Of a DNA stretch of 64,000 nt, positions 23,707 through 36,671 are shown piece by piece. The position numbers and the translations under genes were made by a program. Position 1 is the stretch's first letter; every line of letters starts with the position of its first letter. The notes below the pieces were generated by a model. It was not told the origin of the DNA and did no database searches. It saw only the letters and a list, made by a program, of their open reading frames with translations. The DNA lies in contig MU006089.1 of assembly GCA_010093705.1 (NCBI GenBank), positions 1,428,455 through 1,492,454 of the forward strand, given 5' to 3'. The DNA comes from Patellaria atrata CBS 101060 (Eukaryota).

Positions 23707-26700
23707 TACCTTGAAGTTGTTGCCCATTTCCCTGAAAGAGCTGCCGGGCATGATCCCCCTGTGGTGGGTTTAATCCATCACCCGATTATTATTGCATGAA
23801 CTGCAGTCTGCAGAACTTGATACGGCAATCAACGCTGGGACCAAAGACGGGATCGGAGAAGTTCAAACCCCTGAAGCCAAGCCGAGACTATGGCGTCTTT
23901 GGTTGCTTTGCCCGCCGTGTCCACTACCTTTTTCAGGTTAGAACTATCTTACCTCCCAATCAAACATCTCAAACGATTAAGGTAGTTCTACATGTTACCG
24001 CTGAAAGCGATTATTAGAAAAATGGTTTTGGAAGGATTTTGTATAGTCTTTTGAGGCTTTTGCACTCGTGAACACCTCCCCGCACCCTTTTGGATTCTGT
24101 CTTTACAGCCTTACATTCAAGTTTAGATCCTGTCGTGTTATCTTTAGTTACAGGAAAGAAAAGCTACGTTACTGTACCCGACAGCTCCTCCGCTAAGGTA
24201 AGGAAGGATCGGGACGCCCGTAGCGAGTTTGCTTTCCCCGTTCTCGGGATAGAACCTAACAGATACCTCCAACATCCACACCGCACCACACCACACCAAA
24301 TCACACCAAACCACACTCTTCACTGTCATTTATACCCAGCATTCTTCTCTTCACTTTTATTTCTTGCTTCTATTCACCGCCAAATCCACAAAATCAAATT
24401 GGCTTATCACGCTATCCTTATGGTGCATTCGATAGAATCATTCCTAATTTGACTTGCCTTTCCGTCAACTTACCAAACGTCCCCCCTCTCCCTCCCACCA
24501 TGGCTTTTCCATTCATCAATAATCGACAAGCCCCTGACACTCCACAGTACCTTGATATCTGTCAAAGGCTGAAAGCTGTGCCAACCGAGAACCCCGCTCG
24601 GAAACTTCACTCCCACGTGGTGATATTCCCTCAAGTGCGCTGAGTGATCAAGGCCGTATTACGTGCAGTGTGACGACCACCGACCACAATGTCAGCCACG
24701 ACGACTTCAGGCGTCCAGTGGGTGATTGGATTGGGTCTGGTCAAAGGTAAAGGACTGGTCAACATGTCGAGATGCTCCTCTACCAGGCCACCGGGGCACA
24801 ACCTCAGAACTGGTTTGTGCGACTAAAACCAGTTCTCCTAGGAGTTTTGGGAAGCTGAAGGATCAATGAATACTAATGAGTTCGGTGCTAAACAGATGAT
24901 GATGCTTGAGATGGCCAAAATGTAAAGAGAACCTGAAGCGAATCAATAATGATCGGGATTAGTTCTAGATGAAGGACATGACGATGTGAAAGATGTATGA
25001 AGATACGGCAAGACCCAACCGACTGCGGACCAAGTTAGATGATCATTCTTCACTCTCCTTGTTATTATTCCCGTCCGGACATGCGAAACTTCAACCGTGC
25101 TTCATCGTACTTGCACTGCAGTTACTACCTTACTCTTGCTACTAGTACTGCTCTGAAGAGTGAAGTAATTGTACGGCAGTCCCGATGCCATGATACCATG
25201 ATGCCTGTGCAGCCATGTGTTTCTAATTTCTCACCATCTTAATATCTCTCATCCTCGCCTTGCCACGAGGTACCCTTGGACTGGGACGTGCTGCAGTCAA
25301 ACCTTGCCTTACCTAAAGTTACCTTAACTACCCTCACTGTATTACATTACCGTCTTGGCACACGTCCAAGTCAGCTCAGTCCGGGTGTCTTATACTCGTG
25401 ATACTTCTTCGGTTCCATATCAAATCCTGTGCTACTGTAGTCTGCTGTATCATTCGTAATCCTCTTCAATGTTCGTCCTCGACGCTCTTCTCAAGTTTTA
25501 GTTCTACTACAGTCTGCAGATTAGCTATATGTCAAAGCTTTCTTCACCTCTTCTTTAGGGTTAATAACACTTTCCGCGATGATGGACTTGTTACGCATGA
25601 AGTATCCGTAGGTCGATAGAGTCTGTTCAGTTGAGCTATTTGAACAAGCCCTGGGCCGTTCAACCGTGTACCCCTTTGCGACGCAGGTGAGCTGAGACTT
25701 ATCTGAGGTTTGAGAGTCCGGCAACTCCGAACTATACAACCGGGGAGGGTGCTCTACTCTAAAATCACTTCTTTGACCCAGAATCTCAATTTGAGATATC
25801 TATCCCCCATTACAATGCACGATTCCCGGTCCGACCCAGTCACTCGAGGCTCGATCCACCCGTACGTTCTGAAACTCTGACTATAATCTATAACTGTACC
25901 ACTATCTGAACGAGACGTGGGAGACAAACAATATTTGCCATGATCCTTTGTCCACTAAAAATACTAGACGATACTCTGTGCGACTACTATGAGCAATCTG
26001 AAGCGGAATCGGAAACACATCCGGCAGTGCTAACATGCAATGGTCAAAACAACTTGAAACGAAAATTGTACGCCTCGATTTTGAATCATCAGGCAAGGTT
26101 GAGTTCGAGGCGTAGTGCGCCGTACTGTATTCATTCAGAAAGGGTTTGTCTAGCTTCCTCCGCCGACCACTGTGTATTCCCTTCAGTCATGATGGGAAAG
26201 CACCAAATCATAGCTGACCCATTGAACTGATCAGTCCGAATGCTTCCCTTGAACGTGCAGTGAACCAGAACGCTCTAACACGGAAAGGGTCACATGGCAA
26301 CAATAGGTAGGCGACGTCGTCGTTCCCGTCGCCTATTTCCAAACGTAATTAAATAGCAATGTACCTTAAATCGATCAGCATTGCATATGAATTCGAATGG
26401 AGATATTGAACGTATAAGACTAGGGTAAGCGAATAGACAGTCAGTTCAGCTACAAGAGCCCTACATACCCTGAAATCCACTACATATCTAGACCCCTTCG
26501 GTAGCATCTTTGACAATCTTATTTGCTTCGCTGTCTTCTGACCACATCCGCATGGGTTCGCATGCCACTTGGTGCTAGCAGACTTTCAATAATTGCGGTG
26601 AAGACATTTGGCTTTCCCCTATCTCAGATGCTCGTCGGGGTCAAGATGGTCGTCTCCATCCACCTCTCGTCCGGCATATTGACCTTACTGTCGCGCCTAG

Positions 26701-27195
26701 AGTGCTTATTGATCTTTACGTTGTGTGTATAGCTCAGGCGATCCCTTGACTGTGAGTCATTTCGTATTGTCACCTCTTCAGTACACCTACTTCGTGAGTT
26801 CACCGCTTGGTTACGGTCTCAGCCAGTCTATACAGATCCGGTCTGTCCATTCTAACTGTTCCGCGATTCTGCCCTCATTCGTCCTACGAAATGTAATCAA
26901 TTCCATACACTATATGTATCTGTAGTATCTAAATATTTGGTACCAGCCTCGTCATTCATCATTGGGATTCCGAGAACGATTTACAGCAACTACACAATAG
27001 CCAGGATTGCCACCTCAAGGGAACTCAGTGCCGGAGTAATCACTCATAGAGTGCAGCCAGTTGTCGTTCCGGACTGTACATATATGAGCATGTAACCGGA
27101 AAGTATGAAACTGGCAGACTTGAACCTCGAGTGAGATCAGTGAACAAATTCTCATGCGTCTCATATTTCATATAAAGTATTCGCCTAGAAAGTAT

Positions 27196-29016
27196 CTAAT
27201 TAAAAAGCTTGAATCCCCCAGGAACTTGTTTCTGGAAGACACCAGTCGGGTCATACTTGCGGCTAGCTGCCCTCAATTTTTGCTTGTTTCGCTCTCCATA
27301 CCCCTTGAGCGGATCCTGCCAGCTGCTAGCATAGTTGAGATAGACCCATTCATTGAATAAGCCCTTCTTCTTTGCGCTACGAATGATTTGGTCGGTAAGT
27401 CGGCGACCTACGCTATATATGATCTCGTCCTGCGATGCATCGGACCAAAGAGCAGAGACTAAGCAAAGGACGAGTGGCGCTTCTGAGCGCTCTAGCCCAA
27501 GCACATTCCCGCCCTTCCGTTCTGAGGCCTGGAGTAGCGGTCGGCTGATGGGTTGAAACGTGAGGGAAAGTGCGACGCCGGGAAGCTCCTGAATCTCAGT
27601 CGAAATGTCTTTGAACATTTTATGAACCGAGGTGAGGAAGTTCAGGTCGTTAACAAAGGTATTCGTCACGAACATTGCTCTAAAGACCATATATCAGCTA
27701 TCAAGAAGTAGGAAGATACTAAGTTCGGCTGGTGTACCTGCTTCCGGCCTTATTATAGGTCATGAATTCCTCGGTAAAGTCCGTTTGGTTGGATATTCGC
27801 ACAGTGCTTGCTAATTGAGGTTGGGCCGAAGTGAATGCCCTAAACGTTCTTGGGTTTGGATCTGGCTTGGTGTAATGCATGTTGGACGTCCACAAAAAGC
27901 CCATACCATAGACCCAGGAGAAGCCTAGCATCATAGACGCGTACTCGTCGAAGTTCTTGTTGTTGAGCTCTGCGAACCCCTTAAGCATCTGCGGGGATAC
28001 GGAGTCTGGAAGCACGACTTGCCCACCCCATATGCCGGTGTATGAGAAAGACGAGAGATCGAAACGGGTAACTATCCCTAGATTATTAGCACCCCCCTTC
28101 AGGGCATGCCATAGATCTGAATTCTCGCGAGTATTGGCATTGACGATTCGGCCACTTGCTAGGACGACTTCGAAGTTAATAACATTGTCGCACGCGAATC
28201 CCTTCCTGGCAGAGAAGTAGTTTATACCTCCTTCAGGATGTTGTCAGTACGGTAAGTTGTATTGGCTGAATAAACGGTCCGGCTCACCTCCAAGTGTTAA
28301 GCCCGCAACACCAACGTCGGCCGCGCGGGCTCCAATGACGGCGATTTTCGCCACATCCGCCTTACGATAAACATCGCCCCAAAGAGCTCCGGCGCCCGCC
28401 GAGACAACGGTCCGATCCCGGTTGATAGTCACGCCATTCAATTTTCTCATATCAATTGTGACCCCTGAATTGATATTGGACGCACCATTCCATAGTGTGT
28501 GGCCGCCTCCTCGAACAGCGAACTTGCAGCGATTGTTCTTTGTTAGTGTTTTAAGCGCAGTGGCTACATGATCCCTATGCGTTGGGATTAAGATACAACT
28601 CGGCCTGTAAGTTGTTTCTTGTACGCGCCAGTAAGAACCATCCGACTCTTGGTACGCGTTGTCGGCTGGGTAGAAGACCTTTCCCCTTAAAACGGAGGAG
28701 AGAGCGGCGCACTGATTGGAGGTAGAAGTAGTGAGCAATTGAAAGTAAGAAGCAGACAGGACCGCAACCAAGACGGTAAGGCCAGCCCCAAATGAAATGT
28801 TTCGTATGAATGAGAATGGTAACATGACTTTTAAGGGAACACGAGTAAATGTTTCAGGCGGATGAATTTTGGGGTATGTAGCAGACTCACACAATTCACA
28901 GAGGGTCCTGTCTGGTAGTCAGCAGCAACCAGTCCACCGGGAAAGAGTGTCGAGAGTGCTGCAGCAATTAAAGCTGTCCGGAAGACCCAGGCATGAGGAT
29001 AGGCTAAGATTCGCAT
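27196..29016 (-). CDS. Secreted FAD-binding oxidoreductase (6-hydroxy-D-nicotine oxidase/BBE-like), 4 exons
   Basis: Signal exon 29016-28891; intron 28890-28712; [48 protein letters not shown]-terminal YLNYA...[20 protein letters not shown]. Confidence 0.9.
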
Positions 29017-30084
29017 CGTCTCCTGGGATCTTTTGTGTTTTCTTGACGGGTATCAATGGTTTTGGCACACCAACACGATGGCCATATGTTGAGTTGTCGA
29101 TTCAATAAGGTATGCGTGTTCGATGTAGGGGTACGGCCGGTTGGGTACTGTGTAGGCTATAGTGCTACAGTCCCGGGAATCTGTCACGCTGCTATTTTGG
29201 GGGGAGGGGGCGTACTTGTACTCGTTTATTATTATATTTTCAAAGATGCGTACGTCAAGGTACTTTCAAAAGTCGCCCTCCTCCACCTTGCTGAAGTTGG
29301 TTTGTCTCCTGCCGCATTGGTGCTGACGGGCTCGAATATGCCAGGGGGATGGTAACAGGGTTGATAATAGCAGACATGATGGGGGAAGACCTAAAGGAAG
29401 AAGATAGGAGGGGAAAATGAGTGTTTGAAAGTGAGTGGATTATTAGGTACTGTACTTGCCGTGGATGGCACGAATGGGCTTCGGTTAGGCTGGTGGGAGT
29501 CTGGGAATAATGGGCCCCCTTGGACCCACGTATGGCCTGTACTCTACATACTACTCTTGTACATTTCAATAAGTAGGAAGCACGGCACGGCAAAGCGTTA
29601 ACTTAGGCGATGGGGCGATGAGCTGCGGTCCCGTGTGCCCAAGGTACCTTAAGCCTGTAATGTATCATGATACTGTACATGAGGTAGGTACTGGACCGAG
29701 AAGGTACAAAAGCCGAGAATCCCGCATATAATCATTATTATTATTACCTTACTACCTTAAAGGTCGATTTTGTAGAACTAATTCCGAGCTAAGCTCGTAC
29801 CAAGGGCTGATACTATCTGATATCTTCACTCTCCCGCCTACAGCAGAACTAGTCCTAGGTAGGGCGGTCTCCAACAACGATAACGGAATCCTTCGACGCA
29901 GAAAAGGTCATTGTTGCTTGAACACAGTCCCTCCCCATCAAATGATTGCAAAAATAAATACTTTCGACAACCAATTGTATCCGGTTTGCATTTTGTCTTC
30001 ACCTAAACTTGAACCACTCTCCCCAAGTCCCCTCAAATTCTCGGTACAAAAAATGGGTATATATAAATGACAAAAGGCCCACTA

Positions 30085-31940
30085 CTAAATCCTCGTTTCT
30101 TCCCAGTTACGCTTTCTAATCATAAACGGCGCTGACCCTTTGGGTACGGTGGTCCCGAACCCCAGCTGTGAACGGTCCATCTCAAGATTCCAACCGGGGA
30201 TAAGCTCAAGATCGAAGAGGGTAACCATGAAGGCCAGACCAAATAGTATCTTCTGCTTAGCAAAGAATCTACCTGGACAAATCGAATCACCGCCTCCGTA
30301 GGGTATCCACATGCCGGTCAAACCGTCAAGGCTGAAGCGGGGGATGTTGGCTTCGGCTTGCTCTGGTAACCTATCGGGGAGGGACGTCGGCTTCAAAGGC
30401 CCGCTCATTGGATCATGAGGGTAGATGAGGAATCTTTTGGCCCAAAACTCATCTACAGGATGGGGATCTGCGCTAGTTCCTGTGTTCCATGTCGTCGGGT
30501 CTCGTTGAGTCCAAAACGTCGAGAACAGCACGAACCTGTCTCGTTTGAGGGACCACGGTCCCAGTTGCGTGTCTGCACGAAGTCCTCGCGTATGCGTATT
30601 GTTGACATATAGCCTTGCTGCTTCAGCATAGATAGACTGAAGGAGTGGGTTGCGGCAAAGCTTATCGATATCAAATCGTACATCTCGCCCCCTGGACTCC
30701 GGTAGTATTGAACCAAGCACTTCCTTTCGAACCTCTTCAAGGAGCTCCCCACGCTGTAAAACTTCAAATATCGTCCAGAAAGTTAGGGGTATTGCATTGG
30801 CGTTGAGCCTAGAGTCTATCTTAACACCTCTACACTCCACTAAAGCGAAAATAAACTCACCCCCATAGCATGCCAAGATGGTCACTTGCATGACAGTCCA
30901 TATCCATTTCCTTCAGGTTCGAGCAAAATCTTCTGTTGGCTCGGAACATTTCCGCTGGGTGATCCACATCTAGTGACGTCTTTGGATCATCCCAGTCTTC
31001 GTTTTCACTGAAGACGACGTCTAACCATCTTCTGACTGAGATCAAACACTTTTCACGTACGGCCCACGCTTCTCTCACCAGAAAGCGTGGAAGGCCGCTA
31101 GTGAGGAGCATAATGCGATTATCGAATCCCCAAAAGTTCTCCTCGAAAGTTGGCTCCATTCTAAGAAGTTGGCGTCCGCAAAGGGAGTTTGTGGCACTTT
31201 GAAACATCAAGTGACGAACGAAAACGTAAAGATCGTCTTGTTGAACCCATTCATGAGCCACATCAACTTTGCCCATCAAGGTTAAGAGTTCATGTTCAAA
31301 CCGAATTGCCAGATGCTTCAGATGTACACCAGAGAGAGAAGTCGCGATCTTTTTCAACAAGATATGATTGACTCGGAAATGCGGCACCGTCGTCGAAGTG
31401 GAGGAAGACTTTTCCATTTGATGCCGATTAATCGATGCCTTTGGTGCTCCAAATGCATTAAGCGACATCAACGGCACAAACGGTTGAGACTGCTTCACGC
31501 CTCGAGTATCACGGTAAAAGGACGCAATCTGATTAGCACTACTCAAGACGTAGATCTCAAATTTCAGGAGACGAATTAACGTGGGCTCTCGATTCGAAAA
31601 TGTCCTGTATGTGTTAGAATGACTCCATAAAAGTACACTCAGCCATTTCTTACCCGACGTATGAGATGAAATGCGTCTTGAACCAGGCAATTTGTAGAAG
31701 ATGCCCAAGGATAGGTAAGGAAAATGGGGCAGAAAGTGGTTCTCGAAGTTTTCTCTCCTCTACACTTCGTGCTTTCTTCCTTGTGAGAGATGCGTGAAGA
31801 GCCAACAACAGTGTTGTAAGCAAGACGCTAAGGATGATCTGGTGTTTCTCATAAAACTTCAGAGGTGGTGTGCTAATAGTCACCATGGTTGATGGGTCTC
31901 CAACAATGGAGTCATTAAGGTCGCCATGAAGGATAGACAT
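30085..31940 (-). CDS. Cytochrome P450, CYP7/CYP8-like type, 3 exons
   Basis: N-terminal TM and PxLGH; I-helix WGLNANAIP; K-helix EAAR; heme loop PYGGGDSICPGRFFA. Introns 31605-31653 and 30809-30860. Confidence 0.92.
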
Positions 31941-34729
31941 TTCTGTCCAGGTCTGTTATGAATAAAATCCAGTTTATGTAACTGGCTTGTGTAGAGAGAA
32001 ATGATCTGGGTGACCACCAGCTATATCTGAAGTTGACCAACCTTTAAAAAGTTACAGACAAGATGCTGCACCAAAGGCGGCTAAAGATGTGTATCACATC
32101 ACTTTGTATCATAGCACAGCCTCTCAATGCTCCGCCGTTGGAAAAGTACTGGAAATTAGAAATACGTGCAGCGACATATACAACTTGAAGTCGATGACCT
32201 AGGACTGGCAGAAATAGCCCTAATATCTAGGATATTGCCCGGAGTATGCCTCATCACTAGTTGATGCGAAGTACAAGGTTCTCCGATAAGTATGGAATGA
32301 GAGACCATTTTCAACAGATTTAATGGAAGATCTAAGTTTTGTTTGATGGTGACATGAGAACAAAAAGGTTATCAGCGCAGGGTACCAAGATATCTTGCGA
32401 GATGAAGCAGGGAAGGCAACAAACTCGTAACGGAAGAAGACCAATTAGGTATGTAGAAGACATCCATTGACAAGAAGATTCCTCGTCAAAGATTTGTACT
32501 AGTGGCCCGCAATAACCTCGAAAAGCAATTACGACGTGAAGAAGACAAAACCCGATGTAGATTGGAGGTTAACCTGGAGGCAAGGTAGGTAGTATCACTC
32601 GTCCAAGGGGCCGTTTTCGTTCGCGAGCAGACTACTACAGGTTGCGTGTTCGCCGCTAAGCCGGTAGTTCTAACGTTCCTGCGTTGGGATGCCTCTTTGG
32701 TAATAGGATAAAAGAAAGAACTGAACAGATGGTTTTCCCGAGACTACTGTAAAAGATGATCTTCTCTCAAGGGGGAAACTTTCTGCTTGCCCGTTGGCAA
32801 AAAGTAACACAGGTAAGTGTATCATTATTATTGCCGCCTCGCCATATGATCATGGAACTCCGCTGTTCTTGATTCATGAGAAAATACGAACTAACCAGTC
32901 ACGGTGTCACTCCCAGTTGAATCTTCATCGTAACCATGGAGATCTAGGGTTTGCGAAAGAGAGTGGGGCCAAAGCCTTGATGCTTACAGGTACCTGGAAA
33001 GGGTATTCACTCCGTAGTCCGTTATAGACGCCACCGAAGAGTTAAAATAATCTCTAGAGTGATAATGTAGATATCTGTTGGTAGTTAAGCTTCTCTAAGT
33101 TACAGTATGGGGGGTACTCTCAGCGTGAAGTGAGACACAGAGGGAGAATGGAAGTGATTTCTCTGCCAAGATAACCGAAATTATACGCTTACCAAATATA
33201 AAATGTACATGCGTGAATATTTCAGGGGGTCCGACTGCTTAATAAATTAATAACAATAACTACTCCTCAGAAATATCGTGTCGAGCAATGCTGACTGTTT
33301 ACTTTCTTGAGAACAAGCACCTGCTATAGAAACAGAAATGGACTTGGAACTGCTCAAGCCCCGCCCGGCGAGCGAAAAATTTAGAGTGAATTTCTGTCCA
33401 GGCAAGAGAGCAGAGGACAACTGTAAGCTGATGAAGGCTGAAGAAACGAGGAAAATATGCTGAAGCATGGAAAGGCAATGTACCTTCTTTCGGCTATGAT
33501 AACTTATACGACGCCTTGGTAGTTCGAGAGAATCGTCCAAGGACTTACCAATGAGAGAGTGTACTGGACAGAGTAGGTACCAACAGAGCATCCATAAGGT
33601 ATGCTTCAGAATGACGATCATTACTAAAAGATGAACAATCTTTTGTACATTGTCCTTTCAGCACGTGGATGGTAAAAGCCGTCATAATACTGTAGGACGA
33701 TATCTACTGAAAGGTCCTTCGGTTGCTTCTGCTATCAAACGATTCTTCAATCTCTAACTTACGAAATTCTTTTTTGGCGGCTGTGCCTTGTGCAGCTTAG
33801 GTTGCTTTGGTTTCATTTACCACCTGTTGCATTATTGGCGATCGATTTCGATAGCGGCGGGTCTTGCGGGTAGATCCAGAGGCCAAGGGGGGGTTTAGGG
33901 GGTGCGCCATCAGGGCATACAGTATGTCCCCGAAGCCCGAACTCCAATGCGCTAAGGTACCGGTACTACTCCTGCACGCACGGCACGGTTACGGTGCCCT
34001 TGGTGGGTTGGTTGTCAGGGGTGAGGTGATTGTACTGTACTGTGGAGTACCTCTGTTCTAGTACATTACTGGGCTGTGGGCAAGCTGGAGCGCTGGACTC
34101 GCTGAAAATGCCTGCTAGTAGCTGCTGCTCTACTATAATACCAACAAGTCATCCTTGCCTCCAACTCTCCAAATGCCTTCTCCCTGAGCTTTAAGCGAAC
34201 TCCCGTCGTAAGAAATCATGGCTCCCCCGTACCTTATCCAGATCGTACTTTATATTTCGTACCGTACAGTACTGCACATACTACATACCCCGCTCAAATT
34301 GCTCCACCCTTTCGATGTGGTGTAACCTGTATTTAATAAAAATGAATACAATCGCCCCTGTAGTCAGTCATCATGCCCCTATCAAATGAAGAAGGCAGGG
34401 ACACGGCATATGCTCCTTCTATAGATGCAACTCCGGGTGTTGGATTTCCATTTCGCTCTTTCCATTGACGGTTTAATTTCATGTAGGGCTGGGGATGTGT
34501 AACTCTTTGTGCTATTCAACTCTCGTATGACAGTTTCCGAGCGGTTGGGGACCACTCTAAGACCTCTCTCAGACCTCTCAGACCTGGCCTCAACCCGGGG
34601 CTTCCACCGGGGGGTTACCTGCCCATCATGCCCGCCCTCGCCGCCGAAGTCCCCGGCTCTAGCAGTCTCCCTTGAATTCTCTTGAAAGTGCTTTACGGAG
34701 TAATGTTTGAATCTCGTCGGTTCGGCCCT

Positions 34730-34788
34730 TCTCTCTCTCTCTCTCTCACGCACACACACACACACAGAGCCAGAGAGAGAGAGAGAGA
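34730..34788. repeat. Compound microsatellite (CT)n-(CA)n-(GA)n, self-complementary
   Basis: CT run 34730-34747 is complementary to GA run 34772-34788. Confidence 0.9.
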
Positions 34789-34970
34789 TATAGGTAGAAA
34801 TTAGAGGAATTATGTACTTGGCGGCTCTTACAGTTCGTCTCTATCCCACCTAAGCTTCCCGTGTCTTCCTTCTCTTCACTTCGATGGTTTTATTCACTTC
34901 GAATCCCATCATTTCAGGCCTAGAAATTTGATTCCTTCAACCCACAGTTCGCGGGCACTGAACGCGCATC

Positions 34971-36671
34971 ATGGCCCTTACAATGGATCCTACGAAGACC
35001 CCTTTGATGGCACCGCCAGACGGGATGACGTCCAATTTCGAGAACCCAGATACCAGGCACGCAGAAGTTCATATCGGCATGGGCGTTACTCTTAGTTTCA
35101 CAGTCGTCTTCATATTTCTTCGAATATATGCAAAATTGACCGTGTCCCGCCTATGGGGTTGGGACGACTGTATGTTGTACGACGATACACCGCGCGCCTT
35201 GTCTCCCCGCTGACCGATTTATAGGGACATGCCTCGTAGGATGGGTATGTCACCTTTTCAAATTAGGTCGCACGTATCTGACATGACTCGCTGTAGCTTG
35301 CCATCGTTGTACACGACATCATAACATTTACCGGTACGTCTATCGCATTTGAACCATGAAATCTCCTTTTGCTGTTGCTTACTCGTTGAATACCAGTCCT
35401 CGATCAAGGCATAGGTAAACATATGTGGGATGTGCCCGTATCAAGTCAAGATAAGGCATACCTCCAGGTCAGTTCCCCTTCTTGTCGGGAAAGGTTCTCC
35501 ACTAACGCCTAGAAAGAGGATCTTTTCAACTGGATGTCTCTACACCGTGTCTTCCTTCTTCGTGAAAATGTCGCTGTTCTTTCTATATCTCCGGATATTC
35601 AATCCGAACAAAATCACTCGCTGGCTCGTTTACGGTGGCATGGTCGTCTGCGCTGTATTTTACTCGGCCTGTCTCATCATCAATTGCGTTATATATCTAC
35701 CAGGACCTGGTCAAGCCGACTCGTACGAAATTTGGGTCCAGCGTGCGGTAAACGGCAGTAAACATGGCACATCACTCGTCCTGGCTCAGTCTATATTCGG
35801 ATTCATCAGCGACACTTACTTGCTTATTGTGCCAGTTCAGTTGATTTTCAAACTGCAGTTGCCATTGAGTAGAAAAATCGGTGTCAGCGCTATCTTCGCT
35901 ACTGGGCTTATGTGAGTCCCCATTCTGTGTCTCTTCAGCTTCATGGTCATGGTTGGTTTTCTAATCATCCCTACTTTCAATAGCGCTGTAGCATGTAGTA
36001 TCGTGTCAATCGTATATCGTGTCCGTGCGTATAGGGAAGTAATGGGCTCCACATACGGAGACCAGACGTGGTATGGAGCGCCAGTCTTTATATTGAGGTA
36101 AGTAGATTCTTCTCTCCCTCTCTTGCAGCAATTTCTCCCAGGACACCTGGGCACGTCACTTGGCGCTTGCTGGAATTTTTGTTAGACAGGAGGCCAATTT
36201 GGTGGTTGATACGCTAGCAATAGTCCAACTTGACGCGTCCTGGTCTGTAAGGGAATATATAAACGCGGAACGAAATTATTACCCAGCGTAGAGCGACGTG
36301 GAAACACCTTTCTAACCACCATCTCTAGCTCGGCCGAAATCTCCACAGGGATAGTGTGCTCGTGCATGCCTATAGCTTTCTCCCTAACCCGCCATCCAAC
36401 CATCAGGAAACTGGGCACCCAATTGTTGTCCCTCACGGGTATACGCAGCAGCCGGGACGACAGTGAACCTCCTTCGAAACATAGCCTCAACAGTGGAGTC
36501 TTTGGTCGCGGTCCACATCGGAAGTTTACGGCAACGGATTCGATAACGCAAATGTACCCGGGTAAGGTAACGTTGCCCTCTGATGGCAGCTCGTCTCGAT
36601 ACTACATTGAGCTGGAGAACGAACCGCATCTGAGGGAATCTTCCTTGGATATGATGCGCGATAACCCTTGA
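34971..36671 (+). CDS. PTH11-like fungal rhodopsin-domain integral membrane protein (no CFEM domain), multi-exon
   Basis: APPDGMTSNFENP, LRIYAK...GWDD, GIGKHMWDV, VKMSLFFLYLRIF, SDTYLLIVP...LQLPLSRKIGV, AEISTGIVCSCMP. Includes short exons of 20 and 37 nt. Confidence 0.88.

Noticed and set aside
25400..26900. Protein-like fragments between the transposon and the second FAD oxidase
   Set aside because: No continuous frame or family motif; cannot be called a lost core synthase.
32200..33650. Stop-riddled protein-like frames between the P450 and the PTH11-like gene
   Set aside because: No identifiable family or splice model.
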